A DNA stretch of 64,000 nt. It comes from Octopus sinensis (lineage: Eukaryota). The notes beneath the pieces are model-generated. The model did not search any database. It saw only the letters and a list, made by a program, of their open reading frames with translations, and was not told the DNA's origin. How positions within the stretch are numbered: the stretch's first letter is position 1; each line of letters opens with the position of its first letter. Below are positions 10,606-23,904 of this stretch, piece after piece. Both the position numbers and the translations under genes were made by a program. Location of the stretch: contig NC_043003.1 in assembly GCF_006345805.1 (NCBI RefSeq), positions 52,328,001-52,392,000 of the forward strand. The letters run 5' to 3'.

Positions 10606-13600
10606 TTATGTGGTATCATCCACACGCAACTTTCGTGCTTCATCCTTCCATCTTTCTTCATACACTTTCTTAGTCAGGCATTTTCTCTCCAGCCCTATCT
10701 TCCTTTTCAGGTGAAAGATGAAGTAATTCATCAATCCAGAGCCAGAGATGAACTTGCCTGACCGTAAACCTTTCATCCTAGTCTTCCAAATCACCTCTGT
10801 CGCAATTGCAACTACAACGAGAAAACAATTCTTACCTTCTTTCGCGAGGAAATCTGGCGGGTCAATTTTTATAATAGACTCAGTCGACAGCTGTACTCTT
10901 CGTGTGTTTGACAATAGCTGTTCGGCATAAACCAACACCTCTGACACGACCGAACATTGAACAATAGCATGCGGGGCGGTTTCCCTATCCCGCTCGCATC
11001 TTGGACATGTCGGACTGTCTTGGCCACCGTGCCTTGCGAGTTTATCCCGAACAGGTAGAGCTCCTCTGTAACATTGCCATGCCAGAGACTTCTGGAAGTT
11101 GTCTAGGGTCTTCGGCCCGAATGTACGTTGGAACAGACTGGCCAGCTGATTGTCGTCGAGACCTAGGGCTTCCCCTAAGGTATCTTCACATTCCGCCTCT
11201 ATCAGCCATCTATAGAAGAATGTGGTGGAACCCCCACCGCAGGCGTTGCCCGAGCGACGGAATTGCAGGAGAGCCTTGTGACACTCCGTGTACCATGTAC
11301 CCAGTTTCGATCTACGATTCAGCCAGGTTTCCCCTCCACCGAAACTAGTGAACTTGGGAAACATCAGTTTTGCCAGCGGAGACCACACCCGTTCACCATC
11401 CAGGTGGAGCCACAGATGTCTTAACCCCAGCGCATGTCTGCGCATCATCAGCCAAGGCATCCCTAGCCCACCTTTAACGGTTGTTGACAGCAAGTAGAGC
11501 GTTTCACATGCGGTTTCCCGCCCTTCCACAAGAAGTAGAAGAGCTGTCTTTCCAACTTGATCAACCACGAATCAGGGCAAGGAACGACGGATAGGCGGTA
11601 GGTGATAACCGATGCGATAAACACATTGGCTACCTCCGCCCTTCCTTTCAGGGATAGCCACCGCCAAGACCAGGTCTTGACTATTGCAGCCACCCTGCTC
11701 GATACCTCGCCCCAGTTCTTCTCTATTTGGAGGTCTGGTCCAAACCAAACCCCTAGCAACTTAATCGGACCCTCCGTCCAACGTCCCACGACGCTGTCAG
11801 GAGGAATCGACTTGCCTTTCCAGGTGCCGAGCTGCAAGCCGACTGACTTTTCACGATTAACCTTTGCTCCTGTCACCGTCTCGTAAACCTCTATGGCCTT
11901 GCCTACCCTCTGTAGGTGATCCATTTCGGTTACGATGATGTTGATGTCATCCGCGTAGGCTGACACCGATTTTCCACAACCTGGCTGTCTCGGGATGCCG
12001 CTCAGTTTTCGCAGTAATGGCTCAAGAGCCACTACGTACAAAAGCGGGGAGAGCGGACACCCTTGACGAACCGAGCGCTTGATGTTGAACGGCTTCGAAA
12101 AGAAGCCGTTCACCCGAACTACTGAGTCGATGTTATCGTAAATTTGAATAATCCACCTGAGGAAGCCAAGGCCCAGTCCGAACTGTGCCAGAACGGACAC
12201 CAGGTAGCGATGGTCAACTCTATCAAATGCTTTAGATTGGTCTAAATGGACCAGTGCCCCACCCTTGCCAGAGACACTATTAAACCCCTCTATAGTGTAC
12301 CGCATAAGATGGAGAATATCCTGAATGGATCTTCCGGGAACGGCACATGTCTGTGCCTCCCCGATCAGACCATCCGCGACACGCGCCAATCTTTTCGATA
12401 ACACTTTGGCCAAAATCTTCAACTCTGTGTTTAGCAGAGTGATGGGCCTGAAATTATCAATGCACTCCCCCTTGTTCGGGTCCTTTCTGACAAGCGTCAC
12501 TACTCCCCGGCGCACAGATCTGGGAATGAACCCGTTCTGCTGCCAGTTCGCATAGACCTCCGTCAGTAGGTGCCCGAACAAGTCTGGCATACTCTTATAT
12601 AACTCATAGGGTAGACCATCCAAACCCAGCGCCTTTCCCGCTCCGCAGTCCGCCATTGCCTCAGCCACTTCCTCAGGCGTGATTGGCCCTTCGCAGCCCT
12701 CCGCATCTCGCCCCGATAGGCGCGGCAGTCCGTCGAGGAGGTCCGTAAAGTCCCTCCTTCTATCCGGTCCGCCGCCCCCACCGAAAAGCTGAGCGAAGTG
12801 CTCCTGAAAAGCCTCGCACATCTCCTCGGGTTCGTTTATCAACTTACCTTGTTGGTTCGTCAAAGATCGAATTGTGGCATCATTACCACGTTGAGCTTCC
12901 ACCATTCGGGCCCATCTCGCGGCGTTGATTCCCTCACAACCCACTGCGCGGATCCTAGCCCTGACAATACAGCCCATGTCTGCCTCGAGGTGCTGGTTTA
13001 ACGCCAGTCTCTTGGCCGTCACCTGATCCGCAGAGCCAGTTTTCATGGCTTCCTCTAATTCCTTAACTAGAGTTGATTCCCTCCTAGCCTCTCTAGCTAC
13101 TAATCCTATGCTATATCTAATATACTCGAATTTGATGGCTCGCTTGAGGGCATACCACCATTTGTTATTAATGATGGCACCAGATAGCGCCCTCTGAATC
13201 ATAGTCCTAATCCGGTCTCTGTACTCCTTAATCGCCAAAAGGGACGTATTAAGTTTCCAATAACCGGAGCCTCTATTATTAACCTTATCTATGTCCAGCT
13301 TACAGGTGACCATTTTATGATCACTGTAGCTGACCGGGTAAAACTGTGGACACTTAGCTATTTCTGTCTACTTTTCTAATTAATCTATGTATGACCAGGA
13401 AGATCCGTCGCTGCTTGACCATGTCCACCATGGAGTGTTCGGAAATTCCAAACTATAAGGATCTGCTAGCTCAAAGCGACTTAGCAGTTCCAGGAAGCCA
13501 ATGTCACCTTTTCTATCTGGACGCAAGCCAACGCAATCCACATCCGCCTTGCAAATTGTGTTAAAGTCTCCTAGCACAACTAATGAATGTGAAGTACCAA

Positions 13601-13988
13601 GAAACTTCTCCAGCTCTCGAAAATAATCACTTTGTCCCTTTTGGTTGGGTGCGTAAATTGCAACCAGTCTGATAACTTTACCGTTACTGAACGTCAAATC
13701 CATGACGACCAGCCTACCCTCTGGATCTGAAAAAATTAACTTTTTCTCAAAAACCCGGTTTCTTTTTAATAGGACCAACACCCCACCCCCGCCGGTAGGA
13801 CTGGCTGGAGAAAAAAAACTCTCGTAGCCGTCAAACAGCGGGAGCAGACTTCTTGGTCCCTCTAACCGGGTTTCTGTAGCAACAATGACATCCAAATTAC
13901 GCGACCTGATATCATTAAGGAAACGACCCTGCTTCCAGCTTGATCCCAGGCCGCGCACATTTAAACAACCAACATAAATGCAATTCAT
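10606..13988 (-). pseudogene. Tx1 ORF2 (endonuclease-RT) with two disruptions
   Basis: Three overlapping or adjacent ORFs: 13380-13988, 11463-13313 and 10606-11568; frame changes near 13380 and 11475. Confidence 0.9.
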
Positions 13989-13991
13989 GAC

Positions 13992-15254
13992 TTACTTGTT
14001 CGACTTGTTGTTCTTCTTCTTCACTTTTGTTTTTTTCCCAGACTCGTGGGGGAGTCTAACGCAGGCCCTCGTATATATATGGTGATAAGTCCATTCTCAG
14101 AGGGCCCACGTCATGAAAGAATTTGGACTTTATCCGTCCGTAATCCTTCTGGCCTATTCTGTAAATAATAAAGTCTTTCGTTTTTGTAACTTTCCTCACC
14201 CTTGACATAGCTGCCAATCGGTTAATTAATCTGTTGTTGGATGCCTTAATGGCCATAAATGTGTTCGTGTTTTCTTTTCTTTTTTTTTGGCTCAATTTCT
14301 GAGGGGAGGTTTCTGTTTTTCCTTTTTTCTTGGTGATTTTTGATCACCCTTCCTCTTTTTCCTTTTCCTCACAGCTTGTTTCTGTTGTTTCTAATTTTTC
14401 TGTTTTTTTCTGGTGTTTTCTTTAAGTTGTCTGGTGATGCTTCTGGTTTTTCCTTTTCCTTTTCTGGCGGTGCTGCTTCCTGTGGTTTAGGTTGGCACTC
14501 TGCTCTCACGTGCCCCTTTTTACCGCAGCCGAAGTACCTCGGCTTTCTGCCTTCCACAAAAACTATTACTCTCTCCTCCTCGTTGATTTTCAACGTCTCT
14601 GGGATTTCTTCCAAAGTCTGTATTTCCGCTTGTATTGCCATTGAAATGCATTGGCCTTTCCAATGCCCCTCCTCCTCTACTGTAGCCTGGAGGATATTGA
14701 TCTTGTCCTCCAGTCCTAACATGACTGCCGCCACCAGGCATGTGGCGTCTGCCTCTGGGGAAATGTTGATTTTGATTTTCGAGGTCCTTCTTCCTCTGTA
14801 CAGGGGGAGGAGGACTATATCATCTGCTTTTAATGGTTCAGTTGATAGCTTTTTAGCTATCTCTTCTGTCCTAAACCTCACCTCTACCGTTCCGAATTTT
14901 CTTCCACGATTCAGGTAAGTAATTTCCTGCCATATTGCCTTTAGGCAACTCTCAATTTTCTTTTCTTCCACTCTTTGAATGGATTTCATTGTTGTGTTGT
15001 ATGTCTTGTAGATTATTCTTCTTTTTTCGACTTCCTCTATCTTGCTGACGTTCGGTGTTACTGTCACTTCTGTCCTTCCTTTTAAAGACATGTTGTATAC
15101 TTTTCCAAGTTGCTTTTTTCTGTGTTTATCTTCTTTAGTTTCTTGCCCACCATTTCTGAAAACTTCTTGGCTGGGGCTTCTCCTGCTCTCGGCGACACCG
15201 CCGGTGAGCTTTCTTCACCTGACACAGGTGAATAAGAGATAGGGGTTTCCATCT
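13992..15254 (-). pseudogene. Tx1 ORF1 (gag-like, zinc knuckle), frameshifted
   Basis: ORF pieces 15082-15354, 14369-15091 and 14056-14295 join into one K/E-rich ORF1 that ends just before the ORF2 ATG. Confidence 0.75.
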
Positions 15255-16674
15255 CCGAATATGGCTTAACAAGCCTTTCAATTGGCTTTAACAAGCCATT
15301 TTGCAAAATTCTGGCTTCGCAAGCCTTTTGTGCCGTTTTGTAAATTTTCCACAATAATTCCCCCGCGGGGGTGGGGTGGTGGATTTTAATACGTAACCTT
15401 CAAATGAAGGCAAATAATAATTTTGTACAAACAGACAAAATATACAATTTAAAGTAACAGTAATATTTTTACAAACCGGTATTAAATAACGTAACAGCAA
15501 TCGACTAACAGACTGGACTTCGTTGGTGGTACTTGTTATCATGATTCTCGATTTTGGTGAAATAGAAGAGGTTAGAACGGTCAAGTGGCGAAGACATTAT
15601 TTCGGCCTAGGTAAGGCGTCTGGAAAATGTAAAACTGCTGTCACAGAAAAACTATTGTTCTACCGTGAGAAAAGTTCTGCTGAAGTGTTAATTTAAATTT
15701 AGCTATCCAGGATCGAATCTACTTCATGCCTGCAAGATCCACTACAAATATATATAATTGGTGCCATGTCTACCTTACGATCGCAGATGAGTTGTACATA
15801 TAGTTATTAGAATGACAGGAAATCAGTGTGTAGTCGTAACGCACTCAAAGACACTTTGGAGTTTGGCGAGACTGAAGACAACGCCATGGCCCGACATCTC
15901 TAACAGTTTGCGAATGGCGCCGAGAATGAATTTTATTTACAGGCTATGTTTGGCAAGATTTTAGGACGATCTGGAGAAGCTATCTCGTGAACACTAGCCG
16001 ATGGTTGGACAATAACTCGGCTGCGTACATGATCAAGCCATTGTTGTCTCATGACTTGATAGTCGTTGTTGTGCGTAGTTTGGGTTCTGATGGGATAGAC
16101 AACCAAATGAAGACCATTGTTATTGTTACGTGTTTATTTTCTATTCATGATACACGGACTCGACATTCAGCGTAGTAATACATTATATACTTTACACACA
16201 GTTGTACTGTTCACTAACAAAATAGTGCCAAGAGTGGAGATGTAGTTTGGCATACGTAAACACATAGATATGAATGTGTAACAGTCGTAATGTGGCAACG
16301 CAAGTTCTAATCCATGCTACACTTATCAATTAGACCGATATATGATCAAGAATACACACCAATTCCAAATATATGAATTAATAACAAAATAATTTATTTA
16401 AAACGGGATGATAGCTGCTTCAGAATTTACATTTTCTTCTCTGTCTGCCTGTCTTTCTCTCTCTCCCTCTCCCGAGAGAAAGAAAGAAAGAAAGAGAGTC
16501 TAGTGCGTGTATATATGATTGTCTTGTATGGCGAGATTATAAATGATTAAGCATAACTAAGAAATATAATATGAAGCTGCTTTATTTGAAATGTTTCTTA
16601 CAAGAAGTAGATGATCTGAGGTTAAAAACTATTCGATATTAGACGATGACAATACTTTTACACTATGTAAAATA

Positions 16675-16893
16675 CGAGGAGGTGATGAAAATTCCTGGCT
16701 TTGGGTAAAAGAAAACACAAGAGGATAAGTTAATTATGATTTTATACAACGTCTTCCCCTCTCAGATTCACACACAGATTCACAAAGCGGTCCTTCAGTT
16801 TTTCTAAGCCTTGTAAAAGAACTCGAAAGGTTGGGCCGCCAACTTGACCTTTCGCGATACCCTTAAAGCCTGGAACTTTTCGGCACCACCTCG
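16675..16893. mobile_element. Mariner-type MITE
   Basis: TA-CGAGGAGGTGATGAAAATTCCTGGCTTT ... AAAGCCTGGAACTTTTCGGCACCACCTCG-TA; TA TSD. Confidence 0.75.
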
Positions 16894-17129
16894 TACTACG
16901 GAATAAACTCACCTTGACTCAGGTATTCTTGATATTTCTTAATTCAAAGAATTATCTTTTCATGTACTTGTTTGGTTTAGAAGAATAGGGTGGAAAATAT
17001 GATGATACTTATCACTAAATATGCTTAATGGGCTTAAGATTTCCAAGTTTTGATCTCTGTTTTAAAGCATAAATATTTTCTCTGAGCAGTCTGGCATACT
17101 GAACAATAAAAATTTTGATATTGGTTTCA

Positions 17130-17330
17130 AATTTTGGTACAAGGCCAGCAGGTTTGGGAAAGGGACAAATCGATTTAATCGACCCTAGTGTTCAACTGGT
17201 ACTTATTTTATCGACTCGAAAGGATGAAAGGCAAAGACGGCTCCATCGGAATTTGAACTCAGAACATAAAGACAGAGGAATGCTGCTAAGCATTTTGCCC
17301 GGTGTGCTCACGATTCTTCCAGCTCGCCAT
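17130..17330 (-). mobile_element. SINE family A copy
   Basis: Core ...GTACTTATTTTATCGACTCGAAAGGATGAAAGGCAAAG...GAATTTGAACTCAG. Confidence 0.75.
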
Positions 17331-17839
17331 CTTTATAATAGAAATTTAAATATTAAAATCTAAAAGCTAGAGGAAAGAATTATTCCTTTAATAAATACTT
17401 CAAAAAGTTTTGGTAATATTAAGCAGGATACATCATATTTTTTTCTTGCAAATCCGATATGTTTAACATTGATTTCATAATAGGTGCTATAGAAGGCCAT
17501 TCAAAAACATGTCAATGAAAATAAAACAGGCTACCAGTTTAAGAAAGATCAGCTGTGCCAAGTTGTTACTTAGATTCTAAAGCATGCAAAGTAAACAACG
17601 ACAGTAAATGCTTGATGCAACAAAGAATTTCATCTAAATCTTTACGATTGGTGTTTCAACTAAACAATTTGGTGAAAATCTGATGTTGTAGCAGATTTAC
17701 TTGTGACTAAAGATGGAAGCAGATTGAGAATAAATTATTGGAAATAATCCCCGACGGCTATGTCTTTAAAGGGTCGACACTTGTCTGGTCAATACATATT
17801 TCAAATAAGGCCAGGAACTTCACGCAGCATCTGAAACAA

Positions 17840-18235
<396 letters not shown>

Positions 18236-18650
18236 ATACCTGGGGATTCACGCGTAGACAACAAAGAGCTGGAAAAGATGGAAAAAAATACAAACTACAA
18301 AATGACGAAATTGCAAGAATGTGGGCAATGAGGAGAGTAACTATTATTCCATTAGTTGTAGGGGCACTCGGAACACTAACGACCTGGTTCGAGAAATGTG
18401 TCAGAGAAAGTGGAATTGACATGAGAGTACAGCAGGCCCCCAAAACCTGTTTTATTGGGGGCAGCTAGGATTTTGGGATTGGTGCTTGAGTGTTGAGTGT
18501 TTTCCACGATAGGTTGACATCTAAGTACCAAAACTTATAGTTTGCAGAAAGAGACCCCTGATGAGAGATCTCTGATTAAAGGTTGCTGTCCGCTCTCCCA
18601 GAATCAATTAGAGCAACTAAGATCGAGAGCTCTGAGAAGTTAAATAATAA
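18236..18650 (+). mobile_element. R4/Dong-like RLE LINE 3' fragment
   Basis: IPGDSRVDNKELEK...IIPLVVGALG...KTC(L)LGAARIL is the R4-type C-terminus; followed by a 3'UTR ending in AATAATAATGAT. Confidence 0.75.
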
Positions 18651-18654
18651 TGAT

Positions 18655-18840
18655 TTCAAATTTTGGCACAATGTCAATAATTTTTAGAGGAGTGGGTAAG
18701 TCAATTACATCGACCCCAGTGTTCAACTGATACTTATTATTATTGGATGAAAGGCGAAGTCGAGCTCGGCAGAATTTGAACTCAGAACTTAGCGACGGAC
18801 GACTTGCCGCTGAGTATTTCGTTCGACTAACGATTCTGCC
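18655..18840 (-). mobile_element. SINE family A copy
   Basis: Same core and head as 5169-5403. Confidence 0.7.
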
Positions 18841-18860
18841 TTAGTAATATCGGAGATCCC

Positions 18861-19261
18861 GGATCTTTTCGGTTTGACCAGCAGTTTTTAAAAATAATTT
18901 CCACGTAAATTAACCTTTTTAAACTTCGTATACTGGTAGAATGTGTTTATAAAACATCTTTTTCTCTTGGGTTTATTGAGAACATTCTATAGTTTGTAAG
19001 ATATTTGTTGTTTTTTTCTTCAATTTCTGCAATTTCAACCAATCAATGATGTCTATTGAGGTGAAAACATTCTGTGCCGTATGAATATGTCCCTCGTTTA
19101 AGAAACAGATTGGGTTTATTTACATTTGGAAGAAAAAAAGATACCCTTCCCCTAACCCTAAAACAGATTGAAATGCAATAGATCGATACTAGGGTTATAA
19201 TTATGGGTGACAATTTCACATGACACCGCTAGAAAAAACTGCCGTTCAAACGAAAAGATCC
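18861..19261. mobile_element. Second Merlin-like MITE copy (opposite orientation)
   Basis: Same TIR; TSD GAGATCCC at 18853-18860 and 19262-19269. Confidence 0.8.
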
Positions 19262-19269
19262 GAGATCCC

Positions 19270-19565
19270 CTTTGGTCACGAATGACCATGGGATTGCTCC
19301 TAGAAACTTACCCGCTGAGGCACAAGTCCGGGCAAGGTTGTTTATGGAAGCCTCATCCCTCCACGTCACCGATGTTATCCAAGGGAAAGGCAAAGGACGA
19401 TACAGCTTGGCACCAGTGACGTCGCAACTAGCTGAATGAACTGGAGCAACGTGAAATAAAGTGTCTTGCGCAAGAACACAACACGCAGCCCGGTCCGGGA
19501 TTCGATCTCACAACCTCACGGTCGTAAGTTCGACGCTCTAACCACTGTGCCACGCGCCTTCACGC
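19270..19565 (-). mobile_element. tRNA-derived SINE family C
   Basis: Matches 62419-62750 and 25385-25715 (core TTCACGTTGCTCCAGTTCACTCAGCTG; tail CCCATGGTCATTCATGACC). Confidence 0.8.
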
Positions 19566-19624
19566 CTTAGTAATAGTAATAATAATCCTGTCTACTAAAG
19601 GCACAAGGCCTGAAATAATAATAA

Positions 19625-20185
19625 TAAATGCCCTGATGCAGCACCAGGCAGTGACTTTCATGGCTTCTGATCTTAACTGATTGGAAATGTTATCATGTAC
19701 ATTGATTTGTCTTGGAATAAAAATGGGCTACAGCAAATATTCTGTTCAATACCACAGATTTGCCAGTCACTTGTTTGACCATAACCAGTTGAGCATGTTT
19801 CTTAGTGGCTGACGATATGTACATCTCTGATCACGAGCAGAAGTGTGGGGGAGCATCGTAGCCAAGTGTTGAGAGGAGTTCTTTGAGGTTGGAATAAATC
19901 ACTTCTGGAGACGTGGGTGTTTTGTTCATCATCCTTAAACAAACCTTATTCAGGGACTTTTTGAGCGCGATGGGTTACTCGACCAGAAGAAAATTCTAAC
20001 TGGGCACCATCTGCAAGGTCACGCGCTATTGACCTTGGTATGAGATCACCAAGTCACGAACATATAGTTGTGATGCATGTGCTTGGTGTACCAGTATCAG
20101 GCGGGTAGTGATGATGGGTATACTGGGCTTCGTATATTTTACTCCAGTGTCACTTTGATGGTATGCACTGCTCTCTCACTCAATG

Positions 20186-20235
<50 letters not shown>
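19625..20235 (+). mobile_element. LINE 3'UTR-like repeat ending in (AAT)n
   Basis: Non-coding stretch ending ...GCACTGCTCTCTCACTCAATGATAATAAT; class is inferred only from the tail. Confidence 0.4.
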
Positions 20236-20236
<1 letters not shown>

Positions 20237-20416
20237 GTTTCAAATTTTTCCACAAGGGTAGGAATTTTTTGGGGAGGGGATGAGTTGATTACATCGACTG
20301 GTACTTAATTTATCGATCCAGCTCTTCCTCCATTAGCAAGAAATAAAACTGAATAATGGCATGCACAGATGCATATATATATATATATATTATATATATA
20401 TATATATTATATATAT

Positions 20417-20469
<53 letters not shown>

Positions 20470-21139
20470 TGTATGTATGTATGTATAATACACAGTACAG
20501 GCAATTTTTGTTTGGTTTATATATAACAAATTCTGAAAAGTTTAAAAATCTGTGGAAAAGTGTTTAATATCCACGGAAAATATGATAATATATTTATAAA
20601 CCTAGTAAAAATAGCTAGAAAACTATAGAACACTTGTAATTTCTATTTTTTATTTTTCCACATTTTTTTTCAACATTTGTGTGTTTAAATACTGACATCT
20701 GTCAATATTTGATGATTCAACGATGTATAGAGTGACGTCCCTTGTATAAGAATAGTTTATACAGAGTGACCTCTCTTGGGTGCAATCTAAATCAACACCA
20801 ATATTCTTTTCGGAAAAATATGAATAGTGGTTCTTTTTCGTACCACACCTTCAACTTTTGGACTGAAAATTTTTACAGATGATTTCAGCGTGTTGAGCTA
20901 TTGAAATGTAAGGCCGAAATGAAATAAGAAGCGTAAAAGTTCTCGTAGAGTCAGAAATATATTGGAAAAGATAAAAATGATGACGAAAGTTAGTGGTTAT
21001 TTAAATTTTATTTGCCTACAAAATATTTCATTACGTAGTGCTTTCTAACCTTTTTATTATTAATTTCTCCAAGCAGGCGCAAGATTGAGAGAGAAGGTTT
21101 TGGTTTTCGTAACAGGCTTGAAAAATACATGTGAAAATT

Positions 21140-21322
21140 TAGGCACAAAGCCAGCAATTTTGGTGGGTGGGGATTAGTACTTGACTGGTACTTTATTTTA
21201 TCGACCCTGGAAAGGTGAAAGACAAAATTGACCACGGCGGGATTTGAACACAGAATGTAAAGAGCCGTTACAAATATCACAAGGCGGCTTTTGTTTTGAC
21301 GCTCTAACGATTCTGCCAACTT
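21140..21322 (-). mobile_element. SINE family A copy (diverged)
   Basis: Core GTACTTTATTTTATCGACCCTGGAAAGGTGAAAGAC. Confidence 0.65.
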
Positions 21323-21483
21323 TCTGATAATAATAAGCTGCGATTTAAATATAAATTTGGTAAAATCCACAGCGTGATTTCAATACTTAATTGAAAGCTA
21401 AACAGTGCTGATTGACTAAAATTAAAGATAAAAAATAAAAGCACAGTCATATATGTAAAGTATCCTTACCTTTTTTATTATTA

Positions 21484-21997
21484 ACTAGCAGTATCGCCCG
21501 GCGTTGCTCGGGTTTGTAAGGGAAATAACTATATAAGCATTTTTAGAGAGTTACTTCCCTTATAGATGCCAATTCGGGCTTTCTTAGCCATTTCTGTTTT
21601 GGTGTCTTCAAGCCATGAAGTCGTTGTTCTAAAAGAACGCTGGTCTCCTTGACAACGCTTTACGACGTTGATTTCCTTACACTCCCTTCCCCACAACTTC
21701 ACGAGGGAGGGAAGAAGGAGGAGAAGCAAACAGGTGCAGGTGTGACCATGGACGCCAACTCCGCCGCCATCGACACACGAAAAATTATGCATTAAAATGG
21801 AATAAAAATGATGTTAAATTATTTTTAAAATCGTAGACTCATCGTAGACGCGCGCTAATACTCAGACGGGCTCGATATGAATCACGACTATAAGATACCT
21901 GAATTTGGTTAAACTGCACCGCAAAATGTGGGAGTAGTTAGGAATCTAAATCGAAGGGGACAGACACTCACACAACTACAGTTTTATATATATAGAT
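21484..21997 (+). mobile_element. Non-autonomous Helitron/Helentron-like (HINE/Lep1-like) element, copy 1
   Basis: Starts ACTAGCAGTATCGCCCGGCGTTGCTCGGG (hairpin), ends GACAGAC...TTTTATATATATAGAT; no TSD; five copies in the window. Confidence 0.7.
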
Positions 21998-22199
21998 TTC
22001 TCATACAAAAAAAAAAGGATGGTTGTGATTTTCGTAAGTGAATGTGAATGAACGTAACCCTCGCCCAAAACTGCAGAAATTTTTTGCTCAGATTTGTGTG
22101 GACATTTTTCATGAAAGGGAGCCGAGTACGTTATCTCTGAAGAGTACCAATAAACCGTAAAACTTCCTGTTAGGAGACTCCCCAATTCTCTATAGGAGC

Positions 22200-22570
22200 A
22201 GGCATGGCTGTGTGGTTAAGAGGTTCACCTCACAACAACGTATTTGCGGGTTCCTTCTCTTGCGTGACATCTTAGATAAATTGTTTCTACTATAACTCCA
22301 GACCGACCAATGCTTTGTGAGTGAATTTGGTTCACAGGAAGTGTATTGAAATCCCGTAATGTGGGTGTGTGTGTGTGTGTGTGTGTGTGTGTCTGGGCGC
22401 GCGTGCATGCGTACGCGCGCGTTTATGTGCGTGCGTTTGTGTGTGTATGTGTGTGCGGCTGCAGTAGAATACGTACAAAGCTTTTTGAAAAAGATAATGT
22501 GTACTGGGTTTGATTTGGTTGACTAAATCTCTTGATGTTGGTACCCGGTCATGACTGTGGTACAATGACT
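22200..22570 (+). mobile_element. SINE family B copy
   Basis: Head GGAGCAGGCATGGCTGTGTGGTTAAG, internal (GT)n, diverged tail. Confidence 0.7.
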
Positions 22571-22781
22571 AAAACAAGTTGAGGAATAAAGTCAAAAGAG
22601 GTAGTTTAAATCGAAAAGATCCTCTCACGTTATATACTTTCAGGCGTTTTTGAACAACATGTGATATAAGGTGCAATTCATTTTTCAATTTTGTGATATT
22701 ATTCACGGTATGATTACAACACTTGGTTGAAGACCAAATATCTCTCCCTTCAAAACATCTAGTAATAGTTGCCTAGCGTAA

Positions 22782-23400
22782 GGCGGCGAGCTGGCAGAAA
22801 CCTTAGCATGCCGGGCGAAATGCTTAGCGGTATTTCGTCTGCCGTTACGTTCTGAGTTCAAATTCCGCCGAGGTCGACTTTGCCTTTCATCCTTTTGGGG
22901 CCGATAAATTAAGTACCAGTTACGCACTGGGGTCGATGTAATCGACTTAATCCCTTTGTCTGTCTTTGTTTGTCCTCTGTGTTTAGCCCCTTGTGGGTAG
23001 TAAAGAAATAGGTATTTCGTCTGTCGTTACGTTGTGAGTTCAAATTCCACCGAGGTCAACTTTACCTTTCATCCTTTCGGGGTCGATAAATTAAGTACCA
23101 GTTGCACACTGGCGTCGATATAATCGACTTAATCCACTTGTTTGTCCTTGTTTGTCCCCTCTATGTTTAGCCTCATGTGGGCAATAAAGAAATAAGAATC
23201 GTTAGCATGACGAACCAGATTCTTTGCAGCATTTCGTCTTCCTTTACGTCCTGAGTTAAAATTCCTCCGGGATCGACTTTACCCCCACATCATCCTGTTG
23301 GTGGGGGTGGTCGATAAAATAAGTGCTAGTAGAGTACTGGGGTCGATGTAATCGACTTTCCCCCTCCCCGAAATTTCTGGCCTCGTTCCAAAATTTTAAA
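22782..23400 (+). mobile_element. Head-to-tail array of three SINE family A monomers
   Basis: Full monomer 22782-23010, 5'-truncated monomer 23011-23195, and a third with tail B to ~23400. Confidence 0.85.
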
Positions 23401-23904
23401 CCAATATGTGTAGAGGATATGACAAAAGCAAATTAATAACAATTTTTATTGTGCTGAACTTTGGCTGTTTTCACGTTACTCTTTTTCAGATGAGAGTAAT
23501 CGCCCTTCAACAGGGAAGATTTGTATGGACATTAAAATACAGAAAAAAATTTATCCGGCTTCCAGATATCCGGAAATACTGTGCAATAGACTGTACCCAG
23601 TATTGAAAAAATAGACCCTGTTTTTGAAGTTGGCTAATCTGTATACGGTGTGTTAATAATAATTTTGTTCCTTATTATTTTTTTTGAAGTAGATTGATGA
23701 AAATTAAACCTACCCTGCTTTAGAATTGTATTAATTACTATTAAATAAATACCAGTTACGCACTGTGGTCAATGTAATCGACTCAATCCCTTCCCCCAAA
23801 TTTAAGGCCTTGTGCTTTCAATAGAAAGGATTAATTACTATCTGTAAAATAGCATCGTATTTGCTTTTCATTTAATTTTCATCCTATAAACATTATAGTG
23901 CATA

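Larger units (their letters stand above)
10372..15480 (-). mobile_element. Near full-length Tx1-clade L1 non-LTR retrotransposon
   Basis: ORF1 (~15250-14000) with degenerate zinc knuckle YFGCGKKGHVRAEC. ORF2 has APE (LNVRGL, ETRL, IYAPN, LGDFN), RT (FRPITLLN, LDQSKAFDRV, QGCPLSP, YADD) and a C-terminal Zn finger (CPRC...HAIVQC). 3'UTR 10605-10372. The 5' boundary is approximate. Confidence 0.9.

Noticed and set aside
10050-15643. Possible solo LTR split by the Tx1 element (also LTR-like pieces at 29400-29850 and 54020-54590)
   Set aside because: Only compositional hints; no matching TSD, PBS or second copy in the window.
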